DNA of 64,000 bases from Promethearchaeota archaeon (lineage in GTDB: Archaea; Asgardarchaeota; Lokiarchaeia; Sigyniarchaeales; SOKP01), in contig JAEOTR010000046.1 in assembly GCA_016839705.1 (NCBI GenBank), forward strand, positions 41,770 to 105,769. Direction: 5' to 3'. Shown here piece by piece: positions 51,462-61,668 of this stretch; the first letter of the stretch is position 1, and each line of letters starts with the position of its first letter. A program made the position numbers and the translations under genes. The notes under the pieces were generated by a model. The model did no database searches and had not been told where the DNA came from. It was given only the letters and a program-made list of their open reading frames with translations.

Positions 51462-52442
51462 ATGAATATAACGAGAAAATTTAAATGGTATAGATTTACT
51501 GTCATGAAAAGAATCGAGTTTTTAGAAGGTGAGGAATTAATCAGTGAATTAAAGGATACTATAGAAGATATCCGGAATAAAAAATTAGATAAATGGGGAT
51601 TATTTCAACAGCTGACACAAAGTTTAGAACATCTGATAGCCGAAACGAAGTCTGGGCCAAAACAGAAAAGTAGGCAATATGATGCTTTTTATATTCCTCG
51701 CTCTGGTGATGGTCGGGTTGCCCTTTTTGGGCTCTCAAATGTTGGAAAAAGCACATTAATGAACGCGATTACAAATACAGATGTAAAAACAAGTCATTTC
51801 CTTCACACTACAAAAACGGCCCTAGCAGGTACATGTGAGATCCATAATTTAAAGATCCAAATTATTGATGTACCGGGATTTTTAGATTTCAAAGAGGATT
51901 GGGCAATTAGCAAACAGATAGTAAGAGTTGCTCGAACATGCGACGCTATACTTTTAGTAATTGATTTATCTATGGAAATAAATCGCCAATATAACTTTCT
52001 TATAGAACAACTCGATAATGCAAATCTCCTAAAAGTTGAAGAATTAATGTACAAATATGGTATTATAGCTACGAAAGGTGATCTTCCTGGTTCAGAGGAA
52101 AATTTCAATATATTAAAATCAAAAACATCTTGGCCTATTCACCCTACTTCAATTAAAAACAGAGAATCACTTGAGAAACTCAAGGAATATCTTTTCACGG
52201 TTTTAGAACTGATGAGAATTTATACAAAACCCCCAAGATGTGATGTGGATTTCACAGAGCCTTTTATTTGCCCCATAGAGACAACAGTAGGTGAGATTGC
52301 TGATAAAATTCATAAGGATTTCATTAAATTTTTCCGTTATGCAAGAGTATGGGGCTCATCTGTTGAATTTCCCGGTCAACATGTCGGATTTGATCATAAG
52401 CTAAGGGATACTGATGTTGTGGAAATTATAATAAAAAGGTGA
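51462..52442 (+). CDS. DRG/Rbg-like OBG-family GTPase with TGS domain
   Basis: RSGDGRVAL, GLSNVGKS, DVPG, TKGD, RIYTK...YARVWG...GQHVG.DH.L.D.DVVEI; start uncertain. Confidence 0.85.
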   Translation: MNITRKFKWYRFTVMKRIEFLEGEELISELKDTIEDIRNKKLDKWGLFQQLTQSLEHLIAETKSGPKQKSRQYDAFYIPRSGDGRVALFGLSNVGKSTLMNAITNTDVKTSHFLHTTKTALAGTCEIHNLKIQIIDVPGFLDFKEDWAISKQIVRVARTCDAILLVIDLSMEINRQYNFLIEQLDNANLLKVEELMYKYGIIATKGDLPGSEENFNILKSKTSWPIHPTSIKNRESLEKLKEYLFTVLELMRIYTKPPRCDVDFTEPFICPIETTVGEIADKIHKDFIKFFRYARVWGSSVEFPGQHVGFDHKLRDTDVVEIIIKR

Positions 52443-52479
52443 TCATCAGAAATAAGAAAAAAAAATTTAGGTGAAATAA

Positions 52480-52671
52480 ATGGATATAAAAAGAGCCAAA
52501 GAATTAATAAAGGAATTAAGCAATTTGGTAGACCAAATTGAAGAGGAAGAGATAAGTGTGATGAATAAAATGACTGAAGGCCATCAGGTTGAAATAAAAA
52601 CTAAGACCATGGCAATTCTAAATGAATTAGATATAAGACCCTTAGAAATTGGACTACGAGATGAATTTTAA
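52480..52671 (+). CDS. Small helical hypothetical protein
   Basis: ATG preceded by GGTGA; acidic, coiled-coil-like. Confidence 0.5.
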   Translation: MDIKRAKELIKELSNLVDQIEEEEISVMNKMTEGHQVEIKTKTMAILNELDIRPLEIGLRDEF

Positions 52672-52778
52672 ACAAGAGAAATCAGGATAAAAGATTGAAA
52701 TCTAATTATTATTGATATTTTTTTTTTTGACTTTACTATTTCTTATTTAAAGAAATAATTCATTCTAAACCCCTTAAT

Positions 52779-53015
52779 GTTTTTGCTGCTGGATCATGTC
52801 GTCACGTATTTTGTAGTTTAGAAAAAGATTGTCTTGCAATGGAAAGTCAAAGGTGCCGATTTTCATTAAGAGCGAGACCTTCAATTGAAGCAGTCGGAAT
52901 AGATGTGTATAGAATGGTTGCTCAAGTAGGTTGGGAGATTTATCCTATGGCAACCAACATGAAGGCTTCAGAAGTACCTAAAGGTACGCTTGTGGGATTA
53001 GTAATCGTGTATTAA
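52779..53015 (+). pseudogene. 5'-truncated DUF2284-like metal-binding protein remnant
   Basis: Translation FAAGSCRHVFC...CRFSLRARPSIEAVGIDV...GW...LVGLVIVY; in-frame stop at 52728 upstream, N-terminal half missing. Confidence 0.7.
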
Positions 53016-54310
53016 ACTTCAAATTCAGATAGAATTTTATTTTTCTTTTTTATATCATATGATTCGGCCATATGAGGAAGTAAAAGGTATACTGCTGCTA
53101 AATAGAGGGGGATTAGTGATAATTCGACAAAGATCGATATTATGAAAGGGAATTTGGGACTAATTAAATCCCACACTATTCCTCCTAAAATTGGACCTAT
53201 TACGCTTCCTAAAAACGCAAAAAAATCACCTACTCCGAAGATTTTCCCTCTATGCTCAGTAGAAATTCTGCTCATTAAGTTAGCGAATATTAATCCTGCA
53301 GACATTCCAATTGCTAAATCAAATAGGAGAAAAGTCGAGAAAAGCCATATGTTAGCCGAATTTATTAAAAAAAATGTCATTAACGCTCCTAGTGAACTAG
53401 TTATTGTTATGCCTAATAAAGGAGGAAGTTTATCCACAATAGCACCTAATTTTGGAGCTAAAAGAGTCGCCAATAGTCCTGCTGGTAGGTATGCCCAAAG
53501 CACTAAGTTGATATTACTTTCAATATTTTCTATGATATAGATATTTAAGAAAGGTCGTGCTATTGATCCATTAATACTTCCCATAAAGAGAATGGATACA
53601 AGAAAAAACGCACCAATAATCATAGATTTAGAAGTAAAAAATTTAGTATCCGTTTGATGATTTTTTGAAGTATCACTTGGGGATGAAGAGAATTGAACGG
53701 TCTCATCTACTTTACGATAAAACAAAATACCTGCAAATAGGTTTGAAATCCCATATATTGGAATGGCGCTATATATTATAACCGGATTATTTGTATAGGC
53801 ACTCGCTATCATAATAAGAGTAAAACCAAATACTGCTCCAATCATTTGACCTATTGCATTTATAGAATCTCTTTTTCCATAGGCCTGAGATCTATTATCT
53901 TTATTTGACTTTTCGGCTACCAAAATGTTAAAAGGTATCCAAAATACTCCTGCCATGAAGCCCAAGGTCCCGTGGCCTATACCTAAGAGAAGTATCTGAT
54001 TAGAAATAAAAGCAGCATAAATAATGAAATAAGCAATTGCTCTTCCAAAAGATCCAATTAAAACGAGTGATGTTCTTGATTTAATGCGATCAACTATAAA
54101 ACCTATGATAAAACCACTAGTCATGCGACCTATAACATTAGTCACTACTACTAAGCTTATTTGAAAAGCAGTAGCACCCATATTCGATCTAGCTATAATA
54201 GGAAGCCAAAAACCAAGAAAAAAAAATCCGAGAGAGTTTAAAATGATAATCCTTAACATCTGATTGTAATCGTGTGTAAAACGATTCTCATCTACTTTAA
54301 AGAGTTTCAT
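53012..54310 (-). CDS. MFS transporter
   Basis: About 12 TM segments, GFIVDRIKSR motif A, RGKIFG, GPILGG. Confidence 0.9.
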   Translation of the reverse strand: MKLFKVDENRFTHDYNQMLRIIILNSLGFFFLGFWLPIIARSNMGATAFQISLVVVTNVIGRMTSGFIIGFIVDRIKSRTSLVLIGSFGRAIAYFIIYAAFISNQILLLGIGHGTLGFMAGVFWIPFNILVAEKSNKDNRSQAYGKRDSINAIGQMIGAVFGFTLIMIASAYTNNPVIIYSAIPIYGISNLFAGILFYRKVDETVQFSSSPSDTSKNHQTDTKFFTSKSMIIGAFFLVSILFMGSINGSIARPFLNIYIIENIESNINLVLWAYLPAGLLATLLAPKLGAIVDKLPPLLGITITSSLGALMTFFLINSANIWLFSTFLLFDLAIGMSAGLIFANLMSRISTEHRGKIFGVGDFFAFLGSVIGPILGGIVWDLISPKFPFIISIFVELSLIPLYLAAVYLLLPHMAESYDIKKKNKILSEFEV

Positions 54311-54438
54311 AATAACTTAGAAAAGAAGTGCTATTGATTTCGTAAATCTAGAATAAGTTAAATGGTTTCACATTTGATGAAATTGACTTTTTTGTAATAT
54401 TATAATATAAATATACTAGTATACTAAAAAATTCAAGA

Positions 54439-55419
54439 TTAAATTTCAAAGATATTTCCGGTGTTATATATTGTCTCCTCTAAACCAAGATTAAGATGCC
54501 CCCCAGAAGCAGTTTCTACAGCAAAATTAATCCCTTCTAATACTCTTTTCATCATAAATTCTTGAGCTGTAAAACAATCTTCAAGTTGAGCCGTACTTTT
54601 TTCAGCATAACAGAGAGATATTGCGGGAACTAGTTCAGGAATAAAATCTTGGCTTATCATGATCTCTTCAGCATCAATCATAACTTCTTTGGCAATTGTG
54701 AAAGGATTATTGACATCCATTTGAGCAAACATTATTTTGCAAACAAAAAGCGATGCTTTGATTTCTTTCATAATGAATTTGATTCGATTTTTATCATCTA
54801 AAAACTTTTTAAAAGTTATAGCGTTTATAATATCTTCATTAGTAATAGTGTTTGAAGTATCCATTAGGTCACTAACTCTATCGGACATCCTCTTTGAAGA
54901 TAACATCAATTTAAGGTTCATCTTATTCTTTTTATAATAATCCTTATAGAAGGCGGAAAGAAACGTATGAGCTCCAAGAATCTGCTGGTCTTCACCAAGC
55001 TCTAAACTATATTTATTCTCTTTAAACTTATCCATAAAATGTTTGATTATTAAAAATTTCAATTTTAGTCTATGTAACGCAAAAAAAAGACACAACCTAG
55101 TTTTGGTATATGCATCAACATTCCCCATTCTAATCCTATCATGATGATCTCGCTCGTACATTACGATAGGTTTTAACTTACTCACAATTACTTCAATAAA
55201 ATATTCAATAATTCTCTCAAGGGGCTCACAATCGATTACTCGAAATTTCTCTATAAGAATATGACTTGATGGTTGGGCTTGTGGTAGCTCTTTAATTTCA
55301 TCATAATTATAATACTCAAGAAATAGAGATGTTAATGCCTCCATTTCTAAAACCGTCCGACAAGGAATAAAAACCTTGTTTAAATCATATAAGATTGTGC
55401 TATTTTCTGGCATGTTCAA
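54439..55419 (-). CDS. Hypothetical alpha-helical protein
   Basis: Long clean ORF co-oriented with alba and actin; no motif recognised. Confidence 0.6.
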   Translation of the reverse strand: MNMPENSTILYDLNKVFIPCRTVLEMEALTSLFLEYYNYDEIKELPQAQPSSHILIEKFRVIDCEPLERIIEYFIEVIVSKLKPIVMYERDHHDRIRMGNVDAYTKTRLCLFFALHRLKLKFLIIKHFMDKFKENKYSLELGEDQQILGAHTFLSAFYKDYYKKNKMNLKLMLSSKRMSDRVSDLMDTSNTITNEDIINAITFKKFLDDKNRIKFIMKEIKASLFVCKIMFAQMDVNNPFTIAKEVMIDAEEIMISQDFIPELVPAISLCYAEKSTAQLEDCFTAQEFMMKRVLEGINFAVETASGGHLNLGLEETIYNTGNIFEI

Positions 55420-55624
55420 AAAACCTTTTGATCATAATTTAGAGCTAATAAATCAATAACCCTCTCTTTTTCAAATAATATTTTAGTTATCCTCAAAATT
55501 AAGCTTTATGATTGACTATTTATTGTTGATATATTTTAAAATAGAGAAAGAGTAATTAAATATCCTATATATCAATGCACACTGAGTAACTAAAAAAAAA
55601 ATTTTCAAAAAATTCGAGTTCTAT

Positions 55625-55915
55625 TTATTTCGGAGGTGAAACAACGATCTCCATTGAGCTTACATTATTTTCACGGCCTTCCTCGCCCTCAAGTTGCTCC
55701 GTAGAAATGCGAATCTCTTTATATTCCGCTCCTTTCAAAAAGCGATTTTTTAAAATCTCACAAATGTCAACGGCGTGAGAAATCGCTCTACCGCGAGCTT
55801 TTACAGTACAATCTTCTCCTTTATTCAAGATCATCATCACTGCCATTACATAATTCATCGTAGGACGACGTCCAACGAAAACTGCATTCTCTTGACCTTT
55901 CTCTTTTTTTCCCAT
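55625..55915 (-). CDS. albA: Alba chromatin/RNA-binding protein
   Basis: VFVGRRPTMNYV, KARGRAISHAVD, VSSMEI. Confidence 0.95.
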   Translation of the reverse strand: MGKKEKGQENAVFVGRRPTMNYVMAVMMILNKGEDCTVKARGRAISHAVDICEILKNRFLKGAEYKEIRISTEQLEGEEGRENNVSSMEIVVSPPK

Positions 55916-56322
55916 TTTCTATTTTCTCTGAATTGTTGTTTTTTTATTCTCTATGTTGATAGGTTATTTTATGTATTATGATTTAAATTCTTGTGGAATA
56001 CTTGGCTATTTGTGAGTATTTTGGTTCTCACATTATTTACTCAATCTCATAATAAGGAAATTTCAAAAGAGCATTCTGGTTCTTTTCCAAACCTTTCAAC
56101 AAATAATATAGGATGTGTTATCGATTGATATATATAAAATGAATTAATGATACTTATGGGAAATGTTGATCAATCTATTTCATGCTCTAATTTATCGAAG
56201 ATTATTTTAGGAGAAAATCTTAATTGAGAATTTAATGATTTTTTATTAACTTAACGCATCAATGAATTTATTTTTTTAAGAAACAATAAAAAAAAGGGAT
56301 AAAATAAAAAACTTATATTTTT

Positions 56323-56343
56323 AACCAGTTTGGGAAACTGGTT
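56323..56343 (-). terminator. Hairpin just 3' of lokiactin, followed by U-rich tracts
   Basis: AACCAGTTT-ccc-AAACTGGTT on the minus strand, 15 nt after the stop. Confidence 0.55.
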
Positions 56344-56358
56344 TATTTTTTTAATGGA

Positions 56359-57504
56359 TTAGAAGCATCTGTGTATTACTTGAGGACCCATTTCCTTGTA
56401 CTCCCTTCTCGTGACCCACATGCGGTGAAATGTTTTTAGAGATGAGAGAATTGAGCCACCAATCCATACGGAATACATACGCTCTGGAGGTGCGATAATC
56501 TTTACATCAACGGATTCTGGAATCTGTTCTTTAATTTCCTTGGTTAAGCGTTCCTTAATACCAGGGAACATTGTAGAACCACCAGAAAGAACTATATTGC
56601 TATAAAGGTCTCTTCGAAGGTCAACATCGCATTCTGAAATAGCTCCAACGATAACATCATCTAAAGGCTCCAACTCTTTACCGATTACTGAAGGATTGAA
56701 GAAACATTCAGGTGCTAAAAATCTTTCAACACCAACATTAATAGTTTCACCATCAGGAAGCATATAGCTCTTTTCCATTCCAGCGACTTTCTTTGATAGC
56801 ATCATCTCTTTTTCTGGATCAATAGCTACATAACAGAGCTTTTCCTTAATATCTCTAACTATTTCTTTCTCTGCTGATGTGGTAAAAGAGTATCCTTTTT
56901 GCCTGAGAAGCCTCTGTAAATATGTTGTAATATCTCGCCCAGCAAGATCAATTCTTTGGATTGCATGACTTAAAGCAAATCCTTCGAAGATTGGTACGAC
57001 GTGAGAAACACCATCACCAATATCTATAACACACCCGGTAGTACGGCCAGAAGCGTATAAAGATAAAACTGCTTGCATGGCTACATAAAGAGCAGGTGTA
57101 TTAAATGTTTCAAACATGATTTCAGCCATTTTTTCTCGGTTTGGCCGTGGATTTAAAGGTGCTTCAGTTAAGAGTACTGGATGTTCGCTCGGATCAATAC
57201 GGAGGTCTGTGTAAAAGGTGTAATGCCAGATTTTCTCCATAGCGGTCCAATCTTCTATGATACCATGTTCAACAGGGAACATGAGTTTTAATACACCTTT
57301 AAGCTGCATGGCCTCTTCTCCGATATAGTATTCCCGTGTATAATGCTCGACATCAGTCATTATAGACTCATATTTGGGATAACCAATTAGAGTTGGGAAA
57401 ACGGAACGTGGTTGATCTTCTCCAGCAAAACCATTTTTAGAGATTCCCGTACCATTATCCACCACAAGGGCTTTGGCGTTTAAAAAGCTTTCTTCTTCTG
57501 CCAT
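56359..57504 (-). CDS. Lokiactin (Asgard actin)
   Basis: [63 protein letters not shown]. Confidence 0.97.
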   Translation of the reverse strand: MAEEESFLNAKALVVDNGTGISKNGFAGEDQPRSVFPTLIGYPKYESIMTDVEHYTREYYIGEEAMQLKGVLKLMFPVEHGIIEDWTAMEKIWHYTFYTDLRIDPSEHPVLLTEAPLNPRPNREKMAEIMFETFNTPALYVAMQAVLSLYASGRTTGCVIDIGDGVSHVVPIFEGFALSHAIQRIDLAGRDITTYLQRLLRQKGYSFTTSAEKEIVRDIKEKLCYVAIDPEKEMMLSKKVAGMEKSYMLPDGETINVGVERFLAPECFFNPSVIGKELEPLDDVIVGAISECDVDLRRDLYSNIVLSGGSTMFPGIKERLTKEIKEQIPESVDVKIIAPPERMYSVWIGGSILSSLKTFHRMWVTRREYKEMGPQVIHRCF

Positions 57505-57943
57505 ATTTTATTATCAGCCTATATTTTTAATTTTAATTATTTTGGAATATATTTATTTTCAAATTACTTGTGGTAATTTTAGTTTTTATATTTTTATCAA
57601 AAAATTGTTTTTTTTGATTGTAAAATACAAAATTTAATAATCTAATAAATTATGTATTTATAAATTTTTTTAAACCAGAAAGAAAAAGTACACTATATTA
57701 GAGGGATTTATAAATAAAAATTGTAATAACGTAAAGAATTTGATTAGTAAGTAAGTCCATTACAATCTAAGCTTATTTGAGTAGTATCAAGATATTATAA
57801 CAAATTGTTGTAAAAATTTGTAGAAACTGATAAGAATTGTTATAAAAAACGTGATTTCCGACAATAATATCTTATACTAAAAAACTATAAAGTGCTATCA
57901 TTCACAATTCAGAATAAAAAAGTAGAAAAATAATTTTTGTTAA

Positions 57944-59398
57944 TTGGGAATTGAAATGGAATTCGATCCTGATTTAATTAAGGAAAATTTAGCTGAAATT
58001 GGAAAAAAAGAAGGTTTAATCCTTCTGAAAGAACTTATTGAAAATTCAATAGATCCTAATTTGCGGAGGAGGGCGTTGGAGAATTATGGAGAGCTTGAGG
58101 ATGGAAAGAATTTCAATTTTTTTGAAAATATTTTTTTCTCTGATGAAGATTTACGTATGAGATTAATTGCAGGAGAAGTATTAATTAACCAATACTCATC
58201 TGATAAAAAACTTATTCCTCTCTTAGAGTATACTTTAAAGAAGATGAGCAACATTAAACAAAAGATCTTTTCTTTAAGATCCCTAAGCTCTCAAGACAGT
58301 ATTAAAACTCGTAAAATTGTAATTGATTATTTAAAGTCCTTGATTAAAGCCAAATTTAAGGATAAAATGAAGAATCTTCTAGAAGAAATTCTTAATTTTG
58401 ACTATAAAACTAGTATTCCAGAATCGGCAATAGAAATCTGTATTAATTTAATTTTAAATGATTACTATGTAAGAGTTTGTGGATACTTATCGTCTCTACG
58501 CAAAGGTAAAATTATTTCATTAGATTGTCAAAGTTTGAATATAGAAAGTATTGGTGATATCATTGGAATAAAGAATCTTAAAGATTTGGAACACCTGAAT
58601 ATCCAGAGAACTAGGATCAACAATATTGATAATCTCCAACACTTTAAAAAACTAAAATATCTGAATTTATCATATAATAAATTAGAAAAAATTGAAAATT
58701 TGGAGAGTTTAGTTGGTTTAGAAGAATTAAATTTATCTCATAATAAAATTCGTAGGATTGAGAATTTAAAGTCGCTCAAAAGATTAAGAAAGTTATCGCT
58801 GAATAACAATTTAATTACAGAAATTGAAAACCTTAACTTTTTAACTAATTTAGAAGAGTTAAATTTAATTCATAATAATGTCTCGGAAATTAAGAATCTA
58901 GAGAAGCTAGAAAAACTTAAAAGGTTAAATATCTCCTCTAATCGAATAGAGGCATTAGGAGGGCTCACTAATTTAAAAAATTTGATATGGCTATCTATAA
59001 ATGATAATAAAATTTCTCACATTGAAGGATTATCATCTCTTGATAACTTGCGATTATTATATATATCGAATAACTTAATCGAGAAAATTGAAGGACTTGA
59101 CAATTTGTTTAATATAAGGAAATTAGAGCTCTCTAGCAATAAAATTTCTAATTTAGAAGGCTTACAAAACTTGGTAAATATACAGGAATTATATTTAGAT
59201 GATAATGATATTGAGAAATTAGAAGGTTTGGATTATTTAAGTAAGTTAATTATTTTACACATAGGGAGAAATAAAATATCTAAATTTAGGATCGAAGATA
59301 TTAAACCCCTAACTAACTTGAATTTTCTATTTCTGAATGAAAATCCTTTAGATCAGGAAAGTTGGGAGCACTATAAGAAAAAGTTTAGATTCCCTTGA
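57944..59398 (+). CDS. HEAT-like N-terminus plus SDS22-type leucine-rich repeat protein
   Basis: More than 10 22-aa repeats of the form LxxLxLxxNxIxxIENL. Confidence 0.88.
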   Translation: MGIEMEFDPDLIKENLAEIGKKEGLILLKELIENSIDPNLRRRALENYGELEDGKNFNFFENIFFSDEDLRMRLIAGEVLINQYSSDKKLIPLLEYTLKKMSNIKQKIFSLRSLSSQDSIKTRKIVIDYLKSLIKAKFKDKMKNLLEEILNFDYKTSIPESAIEICINLILNDYYVRVCGYLSSLRKGKIISLDCQSLNIESIGDIIGIKNLKDLEHLNIQRTRINNIDNLQHFKKLKYLNLSYNKLEKIENLESLVGLEELNLSHNKIRRIENLKSLKRLRKLSLNNNLITEIENLNFLTNLEELNLIHNNVSEIKNLEKLEKLKRLNISSNRIEALGGLTNLKNLIWLSINDNKISHIEGLSSLDNLRLLYISNNLIEKIEGLDNLFNIRKLELSSNKISNLEGLQNLVNIQELYLDDNDIEKLEGLDYLSKLIILHIGRNKISKFRIEDIKPLTNLNFLFLNENPLDQESWEHYKKKFRFP

Positions 59399-59482
59399 AT
59401 TCGAAGAGGTCCTCTTTAAACTGAGTTGTAAAAGATTAATTTTTATAACTTTTAAGATAATTATTATCTATCAAGCTTTTTT

Positions 59483-60322
59483 GTGATATTAATGATTCAA
59501 GAAGAAAATGATACACTTTTTCAACCACGTCTAATAAAGGAAGATGATTTATATGGGAAAGAAGGATATATATTAAATCTTATGAGGCCAAACGTTTATC
59601 AATTTCATTCCTATGGGTCAGGGTCTCATGTTTATCTTATTATTGGTGAAAATCTTAATGTTTTAATTGATACAGGCGTAATTACCAAATTTAATAGTTT
59701 AAATTATCTTCTTACAACAGAAATAGGTATAAAAATCGAAGATATAAATCTAGTAATCAATACCCATGAGCATTTTGATCATATAAGTGCAAATGCTTAT
59801 TTTCACTGCCCTATTGCTGCACATCGTTGGGCTGCAACAAAAATACAACATACCGATGAATTGATTACGAAGGGGAGAAAGAGAGGAGTGGATTTATCCA
59901 ATTTGAAAATTAATATCTGGCTCGAGGATAGAAATATCATAGATATTGGTAATACTATTTTGAAAATAATTGAAACTCCCGGTCATACTTCGGGTAGTAT
60001 TTGTATCTATGAACCTTTCCAGCAATATATGTTTACGGGAGATACATTATTTAAAGGTGCAACAACAAATATTTATGAATCGGGGTCGATTTCAGAATAT
60101 ATTAATTCATTACAATTCTTATACACTTTAAGAATTAACAGCTTTTTCCCTAGTCATGGAAAATTTGTTTTAGGGGAAGAAAATGTGAAAAATGAAATTC
60201 ATTCATCTATAAAAAATGCTGAAATTGAATTAGAAACTTATATTTATAGATTGAAATCCAAACCCCCAGAAGAGGGAAAGCCGCCTCCATCGTTGTATAA
60301 ACGAGATCAAGAGGATTTATAG
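59483..60322 (+). CDS. Metallo-beta-lactamase fold hydrolase
   Basis: THEHFDH, TPGHT, FTGD, PSHG. Confidence 0.9.
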   Translation: MILMIQEENDTLFQPRLIKEDDLYGKEGYILNLMRPNVYQFHSYGSGSHVYLIIGENLNVLIDTGVITKFNSLNYLLTTEIGIKIEDINLVINTHEHFDHISANAYFHCPIAAHRWAATKIQHTDELITKGRKRGVDLSNLKINIWLEDRNIIDIGNTILKIIETPGHTSGSICIYEPFQQYMFTGDTLFKGATTNIYESGSISEYINSLQFLYTLRINSFFPSHGKFVLGEENVKNEIHSSIKNAEIELETYIYRLKSKPPEEGKPPPSLYKRDQEDL

Positions 60323-60330
60323 TATTAGGT

Positions 60331-60939
60331 TTAGAGCACAACATCAAGTCCAATATTTTCTCCGCAGAAGTTACAAATTTTCAATTTCTTTGAAAAGAGT
60401 TGACCACAATGTTTGCATACTTGCAAATCTCTCTCGATTATTGCTTTAACTACGTTTAAAAAAGCTTCCTCTACATTTTCTCCCGTTTTCGAAGATGTGC
60501 CTACGGGTTCCCCATAGCATTTAAATTTTTCACTTATTTTAAGAGCATCGGCTTTAGATATCTCCCGATTCTCTTTTAAATCGATTTTTGTACCGATAAT
60601 TATCTTAATTATATCTTTGGAATTTTCATCAATGATTTTAACCCAGTTTCTAATATCTTCTAAAGTTGATTTATCTGTAGTATCATATAATAATAAAGCT
60701 GCTGAAGCCCCTTTCACATAAGCCGGAAGGAGGATACGATATTTTTCTTCACCACCAAAATCCCAAATGCTTAACTCAATCTTGAAATTTTCTTTAAAAT
60801 TGACCTCTTTTCTTTTGAAAGCGACACCGATGGTTCCTTGTGTGGTTTCACTAAACGAATTATCACAATAACGAGTAATAAGAGAACTTTTCCCTACGTC
60901 TTTAGCGCCTGCTACGACAATCTTGTATTTTAACATCAA
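60331..60939 (-). CDS. Rab-like small GTPase with C-terminal zinc ribbon
   Basis: GAKDVGKS, TIGVAF, WDFGGE, TKID, SSK; CKHC-x10-CNFC. Confidence 0.9.
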   Translation of the reverse strand: MMLKYKIVVAGAKDVGKSSLITRYCDNSFSETTQGTIGVAFKRKEVNFKENFKIELSIWDFGGEEKYRILLPAYVKGASAALLLYDTTDKSTLEDIRNWVKIIDENSKDIIKIIIGTKIDLKENREISKADALKISEKFKCYGEPVGTSSKTGENVEEAFLNVVKAIIERDLQVCKHCGQLFSKKLKICNFCGENIGLDVVL

Positions 60940-61057
60940 AAAGTAAAATTTCTTTAATAAGCTTATTAAGTAAAAAGTAAATTAGAATCTTATTAATAGG
61001 TTTTCATGCAGAGATTGCATTTATTTTGAAGATTATAAAATGATTGAAAATTTTAGA

Positions 61058-61624
61058 TTATTCATTTTTATTTAAGTAATCATCTATCCAGAGCTCCATA
61101 AGAACCTCGTCATAATATTGTGAATCCATATAAAACTGTTTTTTTCTCACACCGATTGTTTCAAAACCTACTTTCTCATAGAGATTTAAAGCTCTTTCAT
61201 TAGTTGAAAAGCAGCTTAAAATTATTTTTTCTTTATTATTCAATATTTTTGATTCTCGAATCGCAAGATCAATTAAGTTGAATCCAATACCTAAATCGCG
61301 ATATTCTTTTTTTACAATAATTCCTAAAGTTCCTACATGTAACGCCGCATCCCAATTTGAATTGGAAATTTCACATTGTCCAATAATGTTATGAGGAATT
61401 TTATTATTTTGATTTTCTGCTATAACACAGACTTCTTTTTCCTTTTTAATATTATGGTACCAAGAATCTTTTTCTAGTTGAGATCTAACAGGAAAAAAGA
61501 TAGGTATATAAATTCCTTCATCTACAACCTCATTGAAGTTATTCCAGACACCTTCAACATCTGATTTACTTAGATGCCTAAGAGTGATCTCTTCACCTGT
61601 TTTCAACTCTAAAATCCTCTTCAT
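61058..61624 (-). CDS. GNAT acetyltransferase
   Basis: YRDLGIG, NERALNLYEKVGF. Confidence 0.9.
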   Translation of the reverse strand: MKRILELKTGEEITLRHLSKSDVEGVWNNFNEVVDEGIYIPIFFPVRSQLEKDSWYHNIKKEKEVCVIAENQNNKIPHNIIGQCEISNSNWDAALHVGTLGIIVKKEYRDLGIGFNLIDLAIRESKILNNKEKIILSCFSTNERALNLYEKVGFETIGVRKKQFYMDSQYYDEVLMELWIDDYLNKNE

Positions 61625-61668
61625 TAGGTAAATATAAATTTTTATAATTTTAATCTTATGGTAATATT

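Noticed and set aside
51136-51462. Programmed frameshift joining the 98-aa ORF to the DRG-like GTPase
   Set aside because: The overlap arises only from an upstream TTG start call; an ATG at 51462 removes it and no slippery site is evident.
60331-60345. CAAX prenylation signal on the Zn-ribbon GTPase
   Set aside because: The terminus is DVVL, with no cysteine at -4.
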